DNA of 64,000 nt from an uncultured Candidatus Micrarchaeota archaeon (GCA_938083015.1 CALKCX010000008.1:11196-75195), one strand, 5' to 3'; counted from the first letter of the stretch, positions 37,315 through 46,544 are shown. A program made the numbers and translations. The notes: a model not told the origin generated them from the letters alone.

Positions 37315-37694
37315 TGAACCTGTATAGAGACGATATTATAGCTATATATAAAAATCCACTTAAAATGGGCAAACTTCAAGATTATGATCTTGTATTAGAA
37401 GGAGAAAATGGAAGCTGTGGTGATAAAATTAAGATATATATCAAGTTAGACGGGGATAGAATTGATAAAATATCTTTTGAAGGACAAGGGTGTGTTATTA
37501 GCATAGTCTCAACCGATTTATTATTACAATATATTGAAGGTAAGAGTATTATGCAAATTCAAGATATTGAAGAAGAAGATATGTACGTATTAGTTGGTAT
37601 AGATCTATCTGAAAATCCATCTAGGAAGAAGTGTATGATGCTATCCTTAGAGACTTTACGAAAGTTGACAATTCCAAATTCCGATTCTGTTTGA
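37311..37694 (+). CDS. sufU: SufU/IscU-type Fe-S scaffold protein
   Basis: Three-Cys pattern: GSCGDKI, GQGCVIS and RKKCMML. Confidence 0.8.
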   Translation: MMNLYRDDIIAIYKNPLKMGKLQDYDLVLEGENGSCGDKIKIYIKLDGDRIDKISFEGQGCVISIVSTDLLLQYIEGKSIMQIQDIEEEDMYVLVGIDLSENPSRKKCMMLSLETLRKLTIPNSDSV

Positions 37695-38165
37695 TCTAGC
37701 TTTTTGTTCTAATTCTAAACATTGTCCTGTATAGGAATCTCTTGAAGATCTATAATAACAGAATGCAAGTCCTTGCTCTACCATAATCAATCCTAAGACT
37801 TGAGTTTCTGTCATAAATATAGCTAATGTTCTATTGTATTTATCTTTTTTACCATTGGTCTTTACGTATTTTATATTTTTTTCAACAAAATCCATAGCTA
37901 ATCTAGCATAGGTTTCCATACAGCTTTTATTTAAATCGAATTCTTTTACCCATCTATCTTTTTGATTTTTACCTATCTCAGGTGCATCGATAATCATATC
38001 TCTGTAAACAACACCATTTATTTCAACAGTATCTCCGTCTATAATTCTATAATTGTTATTTAAATATACCTTTTCATATACTTCTGTTGATATGAATAAA
38101 ATTGCTATTAATACTATCGTCAATATAAAAACCAGTAATAGAATTAGACCAAGCTCATTTCCCAA
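37656..38165 (-). CDS. Membrane-anchored staphylococcal-nuclease (SNase/thermonuclease) homologue
   Basis: N-terminal TM LILLLVFILTIVLIAILFI, then IIDGDTVEING...YRDMIIDAPEIG...KYNRTLAIF...GLAFCYYR. Confidence 0.75.
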   Translation of the reverse strand: MGNELGLILLLVFILTIVLIAILFISTEVYEKVYLNNNYRIIDGDTVEINGVVYRDMIIDAPEIGKNQKDRWVKEFDLNKSCMETYARLAMDFVEKNIKYVKTNGKKDKYNRTLAIFMTETQVLGLIMVEQGLAFCYYRSSRDSYTGQCLELEQKARSNRIGIWNCQLS

Positions 38166-38728
38166 ATATCTTCACCTATTTTTGCGTAGACTTTAGAATT
38201 TTTCCTATCTATTCCTATTATAGTTGGAAAATTATCAAAATAATAAAACCACCCCATAATTCTTATTATTTCTCCTTCGTGACCTATATTTATCGAACCT
38301 TGGTATTTAGAGCTTAACCAGATAGTAAAAGGGTTTATTTGAATAGGGTAGCCATTTGTCACATTTAAAAAAGCTTCTTTGACTGTCTGATAATAATCTA
38401 ATATCTCGGTTTCATAATTGGCAATTGAAACTCGATAGAGAAGTTTCTTTAATTGTTCTGTCTTTATATCATAAGGTACTAATACACTTATCACCATAGG
38501 ATGCTTTTCATACAATATAACTATTTTTCCATTTCTAGTTTCATAAGATCTAAATCTTTCAAGTATTTCTTCTGGTTTAATTCTAGATAAATGCATTGCG
38601 TATCTTAATTCATTCATACTATTTTTACCATCCGGTATAGGTGTTATCTCTCCTTCTCTCTTTTTTCTTTCAAATTGATATTGTGGTATAGGTTTTAATT
38701 GCCATTGAGGAGGCGTACTAATTCTCAT
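38144..38728 (-). CDS. Hypothetical protein (194 aa)
   Basis: ORF between the secretion-type ATPase and the nuclease. It overlaps the nuclease start by 22 nt. Confidence 0.55.
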   Translation of the reverse strand: MRISTPPQWQLKPIPQYQFERKKREGEITPIPDGKNSMNELRYAMHLSRIKPEEILERFRSYETRNGKIVILYEKHPMVISVLVPYDIKTEQLKKLLYRVSIANYETEILDYYQTVKEAFLNVTNGYPIQINPFTIWLSSKYQGSINIGHEGEIIRIMGWFYYFDNFPTIIGIDRKNSKVYAKIGEDIWEMSLV

Positions 38729-38757
38729 ATTTAATATTATTTAGAATGTTTTAAAAA

Positions 38758-41037
38758 TTATGCTGATTGTTGTTTTAATAATTTTAATTCTAGCTCTACC
38801 ATAGAAGGAAATGCGGCATCGAATATTTTCTGTGCTTCTCCAAAATCCACTTCTCCGAATTCCTGTTCCATATCGTATATTATTTTATTTGCAAAATTAT
38901 TAGTTTTTAAATAGAAATCTAATTTCATCAATTCTTTATTATCGGTAATCTTTGCGGCCTGATATACCTTATATATCACATATCCTTTATAGAATGCCTG
39001 CATTATTAAATCTTCTGGTTTAAGACCGTTATCTTCTGCTCTTTTTTGAATTATAGGTGGAATAAATTCTAAATCTAATTCTTTATACATCTTCGATATA
39101 TCTAATTTATCCCAGTCTTTCTTATTAGCTTCAGGATTTTTTATAAACAAAGCTTTTAATATAGTATCATTTATACTATTTCCTCTTTCTAATTCAAATA
39201 TTTTTTCAAACTTCTTATCTTTTCTATTACTTTCATATTCAAATCCTACTAATCTATAAGTCCTACCTTTTCTTGTGTATTTAATCTTCTTTAGAAATGT
39301 ATACCTATCTGTAGCTAACATAGAACTTGAAGGTATACCGAATACTAATTCCAATCTATCTCTTACATCAGCAAGACTCTCTGCATGTAGATTATACAAT
39401 AAGAAAACTCCTGGTTGTGTATTAAGCAAATTAATTATACCTTGTACATTTGATTTAGATCTTACTTCATTGATTATCAAAGCAGCATCTCCCATTCTTA
39501 GTAATGCATTTGCCATAGCTACTAAATCTAACTCTGCTAAATCTCTATTTAGATGTTCCATATCTAATGAAGCTATCTTAGCAGCACCTATATGGAATCC
39601 CCTTTTTCTATAGGCCCTAACTGGAATTTCCCATATATCTTGTACAGGTATTATTCTTCTTCTAGTACCTATAGCAGCTATCTTAGCAGCAGTAAACGAG
39701 GTCTTACCAACTCCTTTTACTCCTAATACGGCCTCTGAAGATCCATAGGTTACTAGAACATCATCATAACCTGCAAACATAGGTGTCATAGATTGATAAT
39801 AAAGATACTGTGCATATGTGAAAGGTTCTTCTGACATCAATCTTAAAGCTCCTTGTAATTCTCCAAATGTAGCTGGTGGTCTTTGTAAGTGACATCTCAT
39901 AGATGCCCTTGCACTTACTACGTCTACTACTGGTGAATTAGAATCGAATTTCTTACCTTTCTCAGATAATACCATATTCTTAAATGCTCTCTCTAATTGT
40001 TCACGATTATATCTATATAAAGTATGAGTTATACCGAACTCTCTATGATCTAAATATATAGGGGCATTTTCACTATCTATATATATATCTGTAACATTAT
40101 CTCTATCTAATGCTATATTCTCTATAGGTGCACCAAAACCTATTACCCAAGATGCTGTATCTCTCGCCATTAGTAATGCCTGTCTAGGTGTTATTGGAAT
40201 ATTCCTTATCAATGCAGCTTCAAGAAAGAATTGTTTATATTCATTTATCTTATAATTATACAACACATTATAATCTTGATTTATGAAATTCTCTTTAAGC
40301 TGATTAATTATCAATTCTCTTAAAAGAATTCTAAGATCAGGATTTAGCTTTTCAAGTTCAGGTTGTCGAATGTCATATATGTAAATATCTTTTTCAGGAA
40401 TTTCATAGATTTGTACTTCTACTCCATATGGCAAATTATATCTTCCTTCTTTTCTAGTTATCTTAACGGCATCTGATGGTACATCTAACATTACTAAATC
40501 TATGTAATTTAATGTTGATAAATTGACTAAATTTAAGAATGCTTCTTTTACTCCTCCTCTTGCTAGAACAAGATTATAAAATTTAGTGTTTTTCAATTTA
40601 TTTATCATATATTGTAGTGTATTCATGAATACTTCATAACTTTTCATTAGACCTGCTCTATCTGGTAAAGGTTCTCTATAATTTTCTAAGAATCTTACAG
40701 CATCTACCGGATTAGTATAAGATGTAGTTAAAAATCTTTTTACAACTTCAGTTCTTCTAGTATACATAGGGTCTCTCGGATCACCGTATATCTCTTTTTT
40801 TAGATATATCGCCTCTATTTCAGCTAATGTCCTTGCATATTCTACAAGTATTTGAGTACTTTCTTTTGATAATACATAAGTTATCTCTTCTTCGTATATT
40901 ATCTGTTCTACATCATGATCTTGGACAAAACTTACAAGATTTCTAAAATGATAATTTAAGAATTCAGTTGAACCAAACTCAAATGATGCTTTCGATAAAT
41001 CAACATAAGCTTTCTTTCCCTGTGCCACAAGTTCCAT
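38758..41037 (-). CDS. FlaI/VirB11/GspE-superfamily secretion ATPase with large N- and C-terminal extensions (759 aa)
   Basis: Walker A LGVKGVGKTSF, Asp-box-like IIPVQDIWEI, Walker B region AALIINEVRSKSNVQG, and His-box LLYNLHAES. The start is moved to ATG 41037 (MELVAQGKK) because the track N-terminus reads through tRNA-Gly. Confidence 0.75.
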   Translation of the reverse strand: MELVAQGKKAYVDLSKASFEFGSTEFLNYHFRNLVSFVQDHDVEQIIYEEEITYVLSKESTQILVEYARTLAEIEAIYLKKEIYGDPRDPMYTRRTEVVKRFLTTSYTNPVDAVRFLENYREPLPDRAGLMKSYEVFMNTLQYMINKLKNTKFYNLVLARGGVKEAFLNLVNLSTLNYIDLVMLDVPSDAVKITRKEGRYNLPYGVEVQIYEIPEKDIYIYDIRQPELEKLNPDLRILLRELIINQLKENFINQDYNVLYNYKINEYKQFFLEAALIRNIPITPRQALLMARDTASWVIGFGAPIENIALDRDNVTDIYIDSENAPIYLDHREFGITHTLYRYNREQLERAFKNMVLSEKGKKFDSNSPVVDVVSARASMRCHLQRPPATFGELQGALRLMSEEPFTYAQYLYYQSMTPMFAGYDDVLVTYGSSEAVLGVKGVGKTSFTAAKIAAIGTRRRIIPVQDIWEIPVRAYRKRGFHIGAAKIASLDMEHLNRDLAELDLVAMANALLRMGDAALIINEVRSKSNVQGIINLLNTQPGVFLLYNLHAESLADVRDRLELVFGIPSSSMLATDRYTFLKKIKYTRKGRTYRLVGFEYESNRKDKKFEKIFELERGNSINDTILKALFIKNPEANKKDWDKLDISKMYKELDLEFIPPIIQKRAEDNGLKPEDLIMQAFYKGYVIYKVYQAAKITDNKELMKLDFYLKTNNFANKIIYDMEQEFGEVDFGEAQKIFDAAFPSMVELELKLLKQQSA

Positions 41038-41070
41038 AAATAGATAATAGCATATGTATTTTAAAATGTA

Positions 41071-41141
41071 TGCGGCCACCGGGATTCGAACCCGGGTCTT
41101 CAGCTTGGAAGGCTGACATCCTACCACTAGACTATGGCCGC
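41071..41141 (-). tRNA. tRNA-Gly (anticodon UCC)
   Basis: The reverse complement GCGGCCATAGTCTAGTGGTAGGATGTCAGCCTTCCAAGCTGAAGACCCGGGTTCGAATCCCGGTGGCCGCA has anticodon loop CTTCCAA and T-loop TTCGAAT. Confidence 0.93.
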
Positions 41142-41175
41142 CAATTCTATTATGTTAAGTTAAGATTAAAAATCT

Positions 41176-42459
41176 TTATAATGATTGTTCATACTCTATA
41201 GATGAATTGTAAAACGAGTATTCTTTTAATTCCTGTTGTTTTATGTTTAAATATTCGGCAATTGTAGTTGAATCTATAAAATCTTTTAGATAAGATTTAT
41301 CAGATTGGAAATTTTCTAATACTGCTCCTAAAGAGTTTGGGAATTTTTCTATCTTCTTCTCTTTAAGATCTTTAATAGTCATCAATTTCGGAGATGTCGG
41401 CACTTCATATTCTAAACTAATGCCCTTTTTTATCCCATCATATCCAGCTGCAAGAATTGCTGTTAAAGATAGAAAAGGATGGGCAGAGCTATCAGGAAAT
41501 AACAATGTAATTCCTCCTTGATCTATCTCTATTGCAGCACCAACAGTTTTATTCTTAGAATAACATATGTAAAAGTTCTCATTCATCAATCTTCTATATG
41601 AATTCACATCCGGATTAGTAAATATCATAAGACTAGGAATATGATCTAGTATACCGGCAACGAAATTCTCTTTTTTATCTTGAAAATTACCGCTAATTCT
41701 AATCTCTAATGAATTGCCCTTTTGATAAGGAAATAGATATGGCATATAGCTTATGTTTATATTCAATATAGAACTCATAGCTCCTGAAATATACTTCATG
41801 TCAGCTATAGTAATAGCAGCATTAATAGGATCAGAATAATCTAATACAATTTTGTGCTGTGATATTGAACTAGAATGATAATGAGCTTCTACATCATGAT
41901 TGAACATTTTAAGATTATCAACTAATTGTTTTCTTATATTATTGTAAGCATCTGCAGGATAAGAAGAAAATAGATTCTCATTTTGAGACATAACTCTATT
42001 ATTCCATCTTCCTTCTCTGGTATCTATGTTTATTACAGGTCCTTTATCTTTGGCAATTCTATCTATACTGGTATTTTCTATTACATAATATTCAATAGAA
42101 GGTTGTATTAATACATCTATACCATAGCTTTTTAGAGAATTGATTACTTTTTCTAATCCTGTTAACATATCTGCTTCATAGTATTCGCCATCTAAAACAG
42201 TTATTCTAGATATAAATCTTGCTGAAAAGATATACCATGGTATAATCGTGTATGTATTCAAAATAGGTTTTAAGTATACTTGTTCACCGAACATCATCTG
42301 TAAATCTCTATTAGAATATCCTACATCTATTAACTCTTGATTTAATCTATTTACATTTATATACACTTCTTTAGTTTCACCAAGTATATTATAGAACTGT
42401 AATACAATATTTTCGATTTTATCATTTTCCAATCTTGTTTTTAAAGTCTCTAAATCCAT
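41176..42459 (-). CDS. Glutamine synthetase-family protein (divergent)
   Basis: GS-like length and layout, with NSYRRL and a catalytic-domain pattern around HYHSSSISQHKI. ATG 42459 is preferred over 42477. Confidence 0.55.
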   Translation of the reverse strand: MDLETLKTRLENDKIENIVLQFYNILGETKEVYINVNRLNQELIDVGYSNRDLQMMFGEQVYLKPILNTYTIIPWYIFSARFISRITVLDGEYYEADMLTGLEKVINSLKSYGIDVLIQPSIEYYVIENTSIDRIAKDKGPVINIDTREGRWNNRVMSQNENLFSSYPADAYNNIRKQLVDNLKMFNHDVEAHYHSSSISQHKIVLDYSDPINAAITIADMKYISGAMSSILNINISYMPYLFPYQKGNSLEIRISGNFQDKKENFVAGILDHIPSLMIFTNPDVNSYRRLMNENFYICYSKNKTVGAAIEIDQGGITLLFPDSSAHPFLSLTAILAAGYDGIKKGISLEYEVPTSPKLMTIKDLKEKKIEKFPNSLGAVLENFQSDKSYLKDFIDSTTIAEYLNIKQQELKEYSFYNSSIEYEQSL

Positions 42460-42509
42460 AGTTAAAATTAAGTACATATGTTTTTAAATAGAAATGTATA
42501 TTAACAATT

Positions 42510-43088
42510 ATGTATTTGGAATTACCTAAATTACCATACGCTTACGATGCATTAGAACCTGTTATAAGCTCTAAGATAATGGAATTGCATCATAAGAAAC
42601 ATCATCAAAGCTATGTCGATGGTGCAAATCGAGCTATGGATAAATTGATAAAATATCGAAAAGGTGAAATTGAAATAGATGTTAGAGCAACTTTAAGAGA
42701 CCTATCTTTTCATCTAAACGGTCATGAGTTACATTCGTTGTTTTGGAATATCATGAGACCACCTAGAGAGAACAATCTTCCTTTAGGTAAGATATTAGAG
42801 ATTATAGAAAGAGATTATATGAATTTTCAGACTTTTAAAAAAGAGTTTAGTGAAGCTGCAAAGACTACTGAAGGTTCTGGTTGGAGTATAGCAATATTGT
42901 ATAATGGCAATTTACACATATTTACTATAGAAAAACACAATTTAATGCATATAGCAAATAGTAAAGTAATACTGGCATTAGATGTATGGGAACACGCATA
43001 TTATCTTCAATATCAAAACGATAGAAATAGTTACGTTGAAAATTGGTGGAAATTAGTTAATTGGGATTATGTAAATAGAATACTATGA
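42510..43088 (+). CDS. sod: Fe/Mn superoxide dismutase
   Basis: LPKLPYAYDALEP, HHKKHHQSY and DVWEHAYYLQYQN. Confidence 0.93.
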   Translation: MYLELPKLPYAYDALEPVISSKIMELHHKKHHQSYVDGANRAMDKLIKYRKGEIEIDVRATLRDLSFHLNGHELHSLFWNIMRPPRENNLPLGKILEIIERDYMNFQTFKKEFSEAAKTTEGSGWSIAILYNGNLHIFTIEKHNLMHIANSKVILALDVWEHAYYLQYQNDRNSYVENWWKLVNWDYVNRIL

Positions 43089-44257
43089 AATTCGTAAAAG
43101 TAAAATGGAGAGGTCGAGAGATCGACGCTCTATTAATAAATCAATATTCAGATTTAGTAGAATTAAAATTAAAAAACGGTTATAATATCATATTAGATAT
43201 ATCTGAAATTGATATAATTAATGAACAGGAAATAGAAGAGAAAAAACCAGAGATAGTTCAAGAGAATGGTGAATATACTGTAATAATGACAGGTGGTACT
43301 ATAATGTCTAAAGTAGATTATTCTACTGGTGCAGTTTATCCTTCTTATGATCTATCTGAAATAATACCTATATCAAGTCGAAAAAGATTTCTAGATGAGA
43401 TAAAATTTAGTGAAGGTATTGGTCCAAGAGATTGGGAGAAGATAGCTAATATGGTTTATGAAGAATTAAAAGATGGGCAAAAGGTAATAGTTTTACATGG
43501 AACAGATACATTGACATATACTTCATCTGCTATAGGCTTTTCTATATCTAACTTAAATCATCCTGTAGTATTTGTAGGATCTCAAAGATCTAGTGATAGA
43601 CCAAGTAGTGATCAATATATTAATATAAAATCTTCATTTAAAATAGCTAATAGTGATATAGGTGAGAGTATTATTGTAATGCACGATACCATTCAAGATA
43701 CTTCAATTGGAGTATTTAGGGCAGTTAGAACTAGAAAATCGCATACCTCTAGAAGAGATGCTTTTAAGGCAATTGGTTCTGGTAAAATAGGTCGGTATTA
43801 TGTATTAGAAGATAGATTAGAAATATTTGAAGATTATAAAAAGACTGGAGAATTGGGAGAATTTAAAGGAAAATTTAGTGAAAAAGTAGCAATGTTATAT
43901 TTCTATCCTGGAATGGAAGGTTGGATTATAGAAGAATTCTCTCGAAGATATTTAGGAATTGTTATCATAGGAACAGGTCTAGGCCATATAGATCCAAATT
44001 TAATTAAATACATAAACAAAGATAAAGTATTCGTTATGACATCTCAAACTATAGAAGGAAGAGTTAATATGTATGTATATCGAACTGGTAGAGATCTTAT
44101 AGAAGCTGGTGTAAGAGGCAATATGACAGATATGTTACCAGAAGTTGCCTATGTAAAACTAAGCTGGTTATTCGGTAATAATCTTAGTATAGATCTCTAT
44201 GAAAAAAACCTAATTGGAGAAATAACTAAAAGAAGTGTTTATTCATCAGGAGCGTAA
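43085..44257 (+). CDS. gatD: Glutamyl-tRNA(Gln) amidotransferase subunit D
   Basis: Small N-terminal domain plus asparaginase motifs MTGGTI and VLHGTDTL. Confidence 0.8.
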   Translation: MKFVKVKWRGREIDALLINQYSDLVELKLKNGYNIILDISEIDIINEQEIEEKKPEIVQENGEYTVIMTGGTIMSKVDYSTGAVYPSYDLSEIIPISSRKRFLDEIKFSEGIGPRDWEKIANMVYEELKDGQKVIVLHGTDTLTYTSSAIGFSISNLNHPVVFVGSQRSSDRPSSDQYINIKSSFKIANSDIGESIIVMHDTIQDTSIGVFRAVRTRKSHTSRRDAFKAIGSGKIGRYYVLEDRLEIFEDYKKTGELGEFKGKFSEKVAMLYFYPGMEGWIIEEFSRRYLGIVIIGTGLGHIDPNLIKYINKDKVFVMTSQTIEGRVNMYVYRTGRDLIEAGVRGNMTDMLPEVAYVKLSWLFGNNLSIDLYEKNLIGEITKRSVYSSGA

Positions 44258-44694
44258 TAATAAAATCTATCCCTTTCCCAGGCGATTATTTCAGAAGGAT
44301 TAAAGAATAGAGTTATCTCTCGAATTGCTGCCTCTTGACTATCGCTAGCATGAATTAGATTTCTTGAAAAACTATTAGATAAATCTCCTCTTATAGTACC
44401 AGGTTGAGCTTTTCTTGAATTAGTTGCACCAACCAGATTTCTAACAACATCTACTACTTCTTTACCTTCTACTACCATAGCTATTACTGGTCCAGATGTT
44501 ATAAACTTTTCTAAATCAGGATAGAATGGTTTGTTAACATGTGCTTCATAATGTTTTTTTGCCAATGCTTGATCGATTTTAATCATTTTCATTGCCACTA
44601 TCTTTAATCCTTTATCTTCTAATCTAGATATAATACGACCTATAAGTCCTCTTTGAATTGCATCGGGTTTTATTAAAACAAGAGTTCTATCCAT
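44239..44694 (-). CDS. ndk: Nucleoside diphosphate kinase
   Basis: RTLVLIKPDA and NLIHASDS. Confidence 0.93.
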   Translation of the reverse strand: MDRTLVLIKPDAIQRGLIGRIISRLEDKGLKIVAMKMIKIDQALAKKHYEAHVNKPFYPDLEKFITSGPVIAMVVEGKEVVDVVRNLVGATNSRKAQPGTIRGDLSNSFSRNLIHASDSQEAAIREITLFFNPSEIIAWERDRFYYYAPDE

Positions 44695-44851
44695 TCTTAT
44701 TCACCCATTTTACTTTTTTAGGATCTCTATTTAATATCAACATAGATCTTCTGCATTTAGATGAACAAAATACATAAGATTTACCATTTGATTGATAGTA
44801 TATTATAGCTTTATGTATTTTTACTTCATCACCACAAAACGTACATTTCAT
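44687..44851 (-). CDS. rpl24e: Ribosomal protein L24e (54 aa; not in the ORF track)
   Basis: Manual translation gives MKCTFCGDEVKIHKAIIYYQSNGKSYVFCSSKCRRSMLILNRDPKKVKWVNKNG, a zinc-ribbon L24e pattern. Its TAG stop overlaps the ndk ATG region. Confidence 0.85.
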   Translation of the reverse strand: MKCTFCGDEVKIHKAIIYYQSNGKSYVFCSSKCRRSMLILNRDPKKVKWVNKNG

Positions 44852-44856
44852 AAATT

Positions 44857-45069
44857 TCACCCTATTTCCTTAGCTTCTCTCTCAGTCTCTCTTAATACTA
44901 TTTTCATACCTTTAAATACTGGTCCTTTGATATTTCTCAATATAGTTCTTCCTTGATCAGGTCCTTCTAGTATGTTAACTAAGCATTGATGTATCTCTCC
45001 ATATACTCCACTTCTACCTTTAATTTCTACAATCTCAGCTAAATATGCACCACCTTCAGTATCTCCCAT
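44857..45069 (-). CDS. rps28e: Ribosomal protein S28e
   Basis: [41 protein letters not shown]. Confidence 0.9.
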   Translation of the reverse strand: MGDTEGGAYLAEIVEIKGRSGVYGEIHQCLVNILEGPDQGRTILRNIKGPVFKGMKIVLRETEREAKEIG

Positions 45070-45070
45070 A

Positions 45071-45427
45071 TTATTCCACCTTAGGTAACTTTGCCATTAA
45101 CTCTTCAAATTTAGACTTAGCATTTCCAAAATCGATTATAGCGACTGATGATGCACTTACAGTTTTACCAGCTGCATTTCCAAGTTGATCTTTACTATCA
45201 ACATATACCAAAGCTATTTTTTTCTCCTTGGCCATCTTTGGTAGATGAGCTACTAATTCAGGTGGATTTACATCTTTAGCTACCAATATTAATTTAGCTG
45301 TACCTCTCTGCAATGCTTTTGTTACTTCATTTACTCCTACTTTTACTTTACCTCCAGAGTTTACTAATTCTTTTAGACTTTCTATTATCTGTTTTTTTAC
45401 TTCATCGGATACTTCCATAATTAACAC
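45071..45427 (-). CDS. rpl7ae: Ribosomal protein L7Ae (kink-turn binding)
   Basis: [33 protein letters not shown]... Confidence 0.92.
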   Translation of the reverse strand: MLIMEVSDEVKKQIIESLKELVNSGGKVKVGVNEVTKALQRGTAKLILVAKDVNPPELVAHLPKMAKEKKIALVYVDSKDQLGNAAGKTVSASSVAIIDFGNAKSKFEELMAKLPKVE

Positions 45428-45483
45428 CTCAGCATGTTAATATATGGAAAAACATTTAAATTATTATCAATATTACATTATGT

Positions 45484-46533
45484 ATGAAAATAGGTATTCT
45501 GTCAGATACTCATATAGGATTAACTAGAGATAGCTTTAAAGATGAGATAAAGAGAAATTATAAAAAAGCTATAGAAATTCTAAAGGACTGCGATTTAATT
45601 ATACACGCTGGAGATATTTTCGATAGGAATGTCGTAGATGTTAATATGTTAACTACTTTTTTAGAACCTATTAGAGCTTATAATCTAAAATTATTCTATA
45701 TTTTAGGTAATCACGATATTATGAGAAGTAATCTTGAACCTGCTCTTGATAAATATTCTAAATTAAAAGGAGAACAAAATCAGTTTTTATCTAAACTTGA
45801 TAACGAGAGATTAAGACAGTATAGTAATGATATTGTAAATATCGTTGGTATAGATTATGATGATAGACTAATAAAAGAGAAATTAGAATTAGCTAAAACT
45901 AGATTAGATAAATCAAAATATAATATATTGGTTATACATCAAGATTTAGCTGATTTTTTACAAACTGAATTTGCAATAAGTTCTAATTATTTATTAAATC
46001 TAGGTTTTCAATTGGTAATAAATGGTCACATTCATAAATATTCTATTAAAAGAAATTTGTTAATTCCAGGGTCTACTTCTATTACAACATTTGATAAAGA
46101 GGATTTAACAAGTATAAAATATGTACATATTCTTGATACTAATAGACAAGAGATTCAATCTATACCAATACCTGATCAAACTTCAGGTTATTATTTTGAA
46201 ATGGATGAAGTTGGTAAAACTCAAGAGCAAATACAAGAAGACATATCTAAATTGATAGATCAATATAAGAATAAATTTATTAAAATAGTATTGAAAACGG
46301 ATAGGCCTGTGTCATTGGGAAGTATTGTTGATAATCCCTATATAAGTTTGGAAAGATCTATAATAACTAAAGATGCTGAAAGCTTAGATTTTAAATTAAT
46401 AGACATAGATGTTGAATTGAAGAAGGATTGGAAATACGATTATAGTTATGAAGAATTTATAAAAATACTGGATGAAGATCTAGAAGATACGCAACAAAGA
46501 ATAGAGTTGTTGATAAATTTAAAAAAGATGTAG
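45484..46533 (+). CDS. Mre11/SbcD-family metallophosphoesterase
   Basis: Motifs LSDTHIG, AGDIFD, GNHD, VIHQDL and NGHIHK. Confidence 0.65.
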   Translation: MKIGILSDTHIGLTRDSFKDEIKRNYKKAIEILKDCDLIIHAGDIFDRNVVDVNMLTTFLEPIRAYNLKLFYILGNHDIMRSNLEPALDKYSKLKGEQNQFLSKLDNERLRQYSNDIVNIVGIDYDDRLIKEKLELAKTRLDKSKYNILVIHQDLADFLQTEFAISSNYLLNLGFQLVINGHIHKYSIKRNLLIPGSTSITTFDKEDLTSIKYVHILDTNRQEIQSIPIPDQTSGYYFEMDEVGKTQEQIQEDISKLIDQYKNKFIKIVLKTDRPVSLGSIVDNPYISLERSIITKDAESLDFKLIDIDVELKKDWKYDYSYEEFIKILDEDLEDTQQRIELLINLKKM

Positions 46534-46544
46534 TTAGATAAATT

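Noticed and set aside
41038-41127. N-terminal 30 codons of the track ORF 38758-41127 (MVGCQPSKLKTRVRIPVAAY...).
   Set aside because: This stretch is the reverse strand of tRNA-Gly read as protein. The real start is ATG 41037 (MELVAQGKK).
37656-41141. Possible integrated element next to tRNA-Gly (ATPase, unknown ORF, nuclease).
   Set aside because: There is no integrase. I could not see a direct repeat of the tRNA 3' half near 37.6 kb. Composition and overlap style match the rest of the window.
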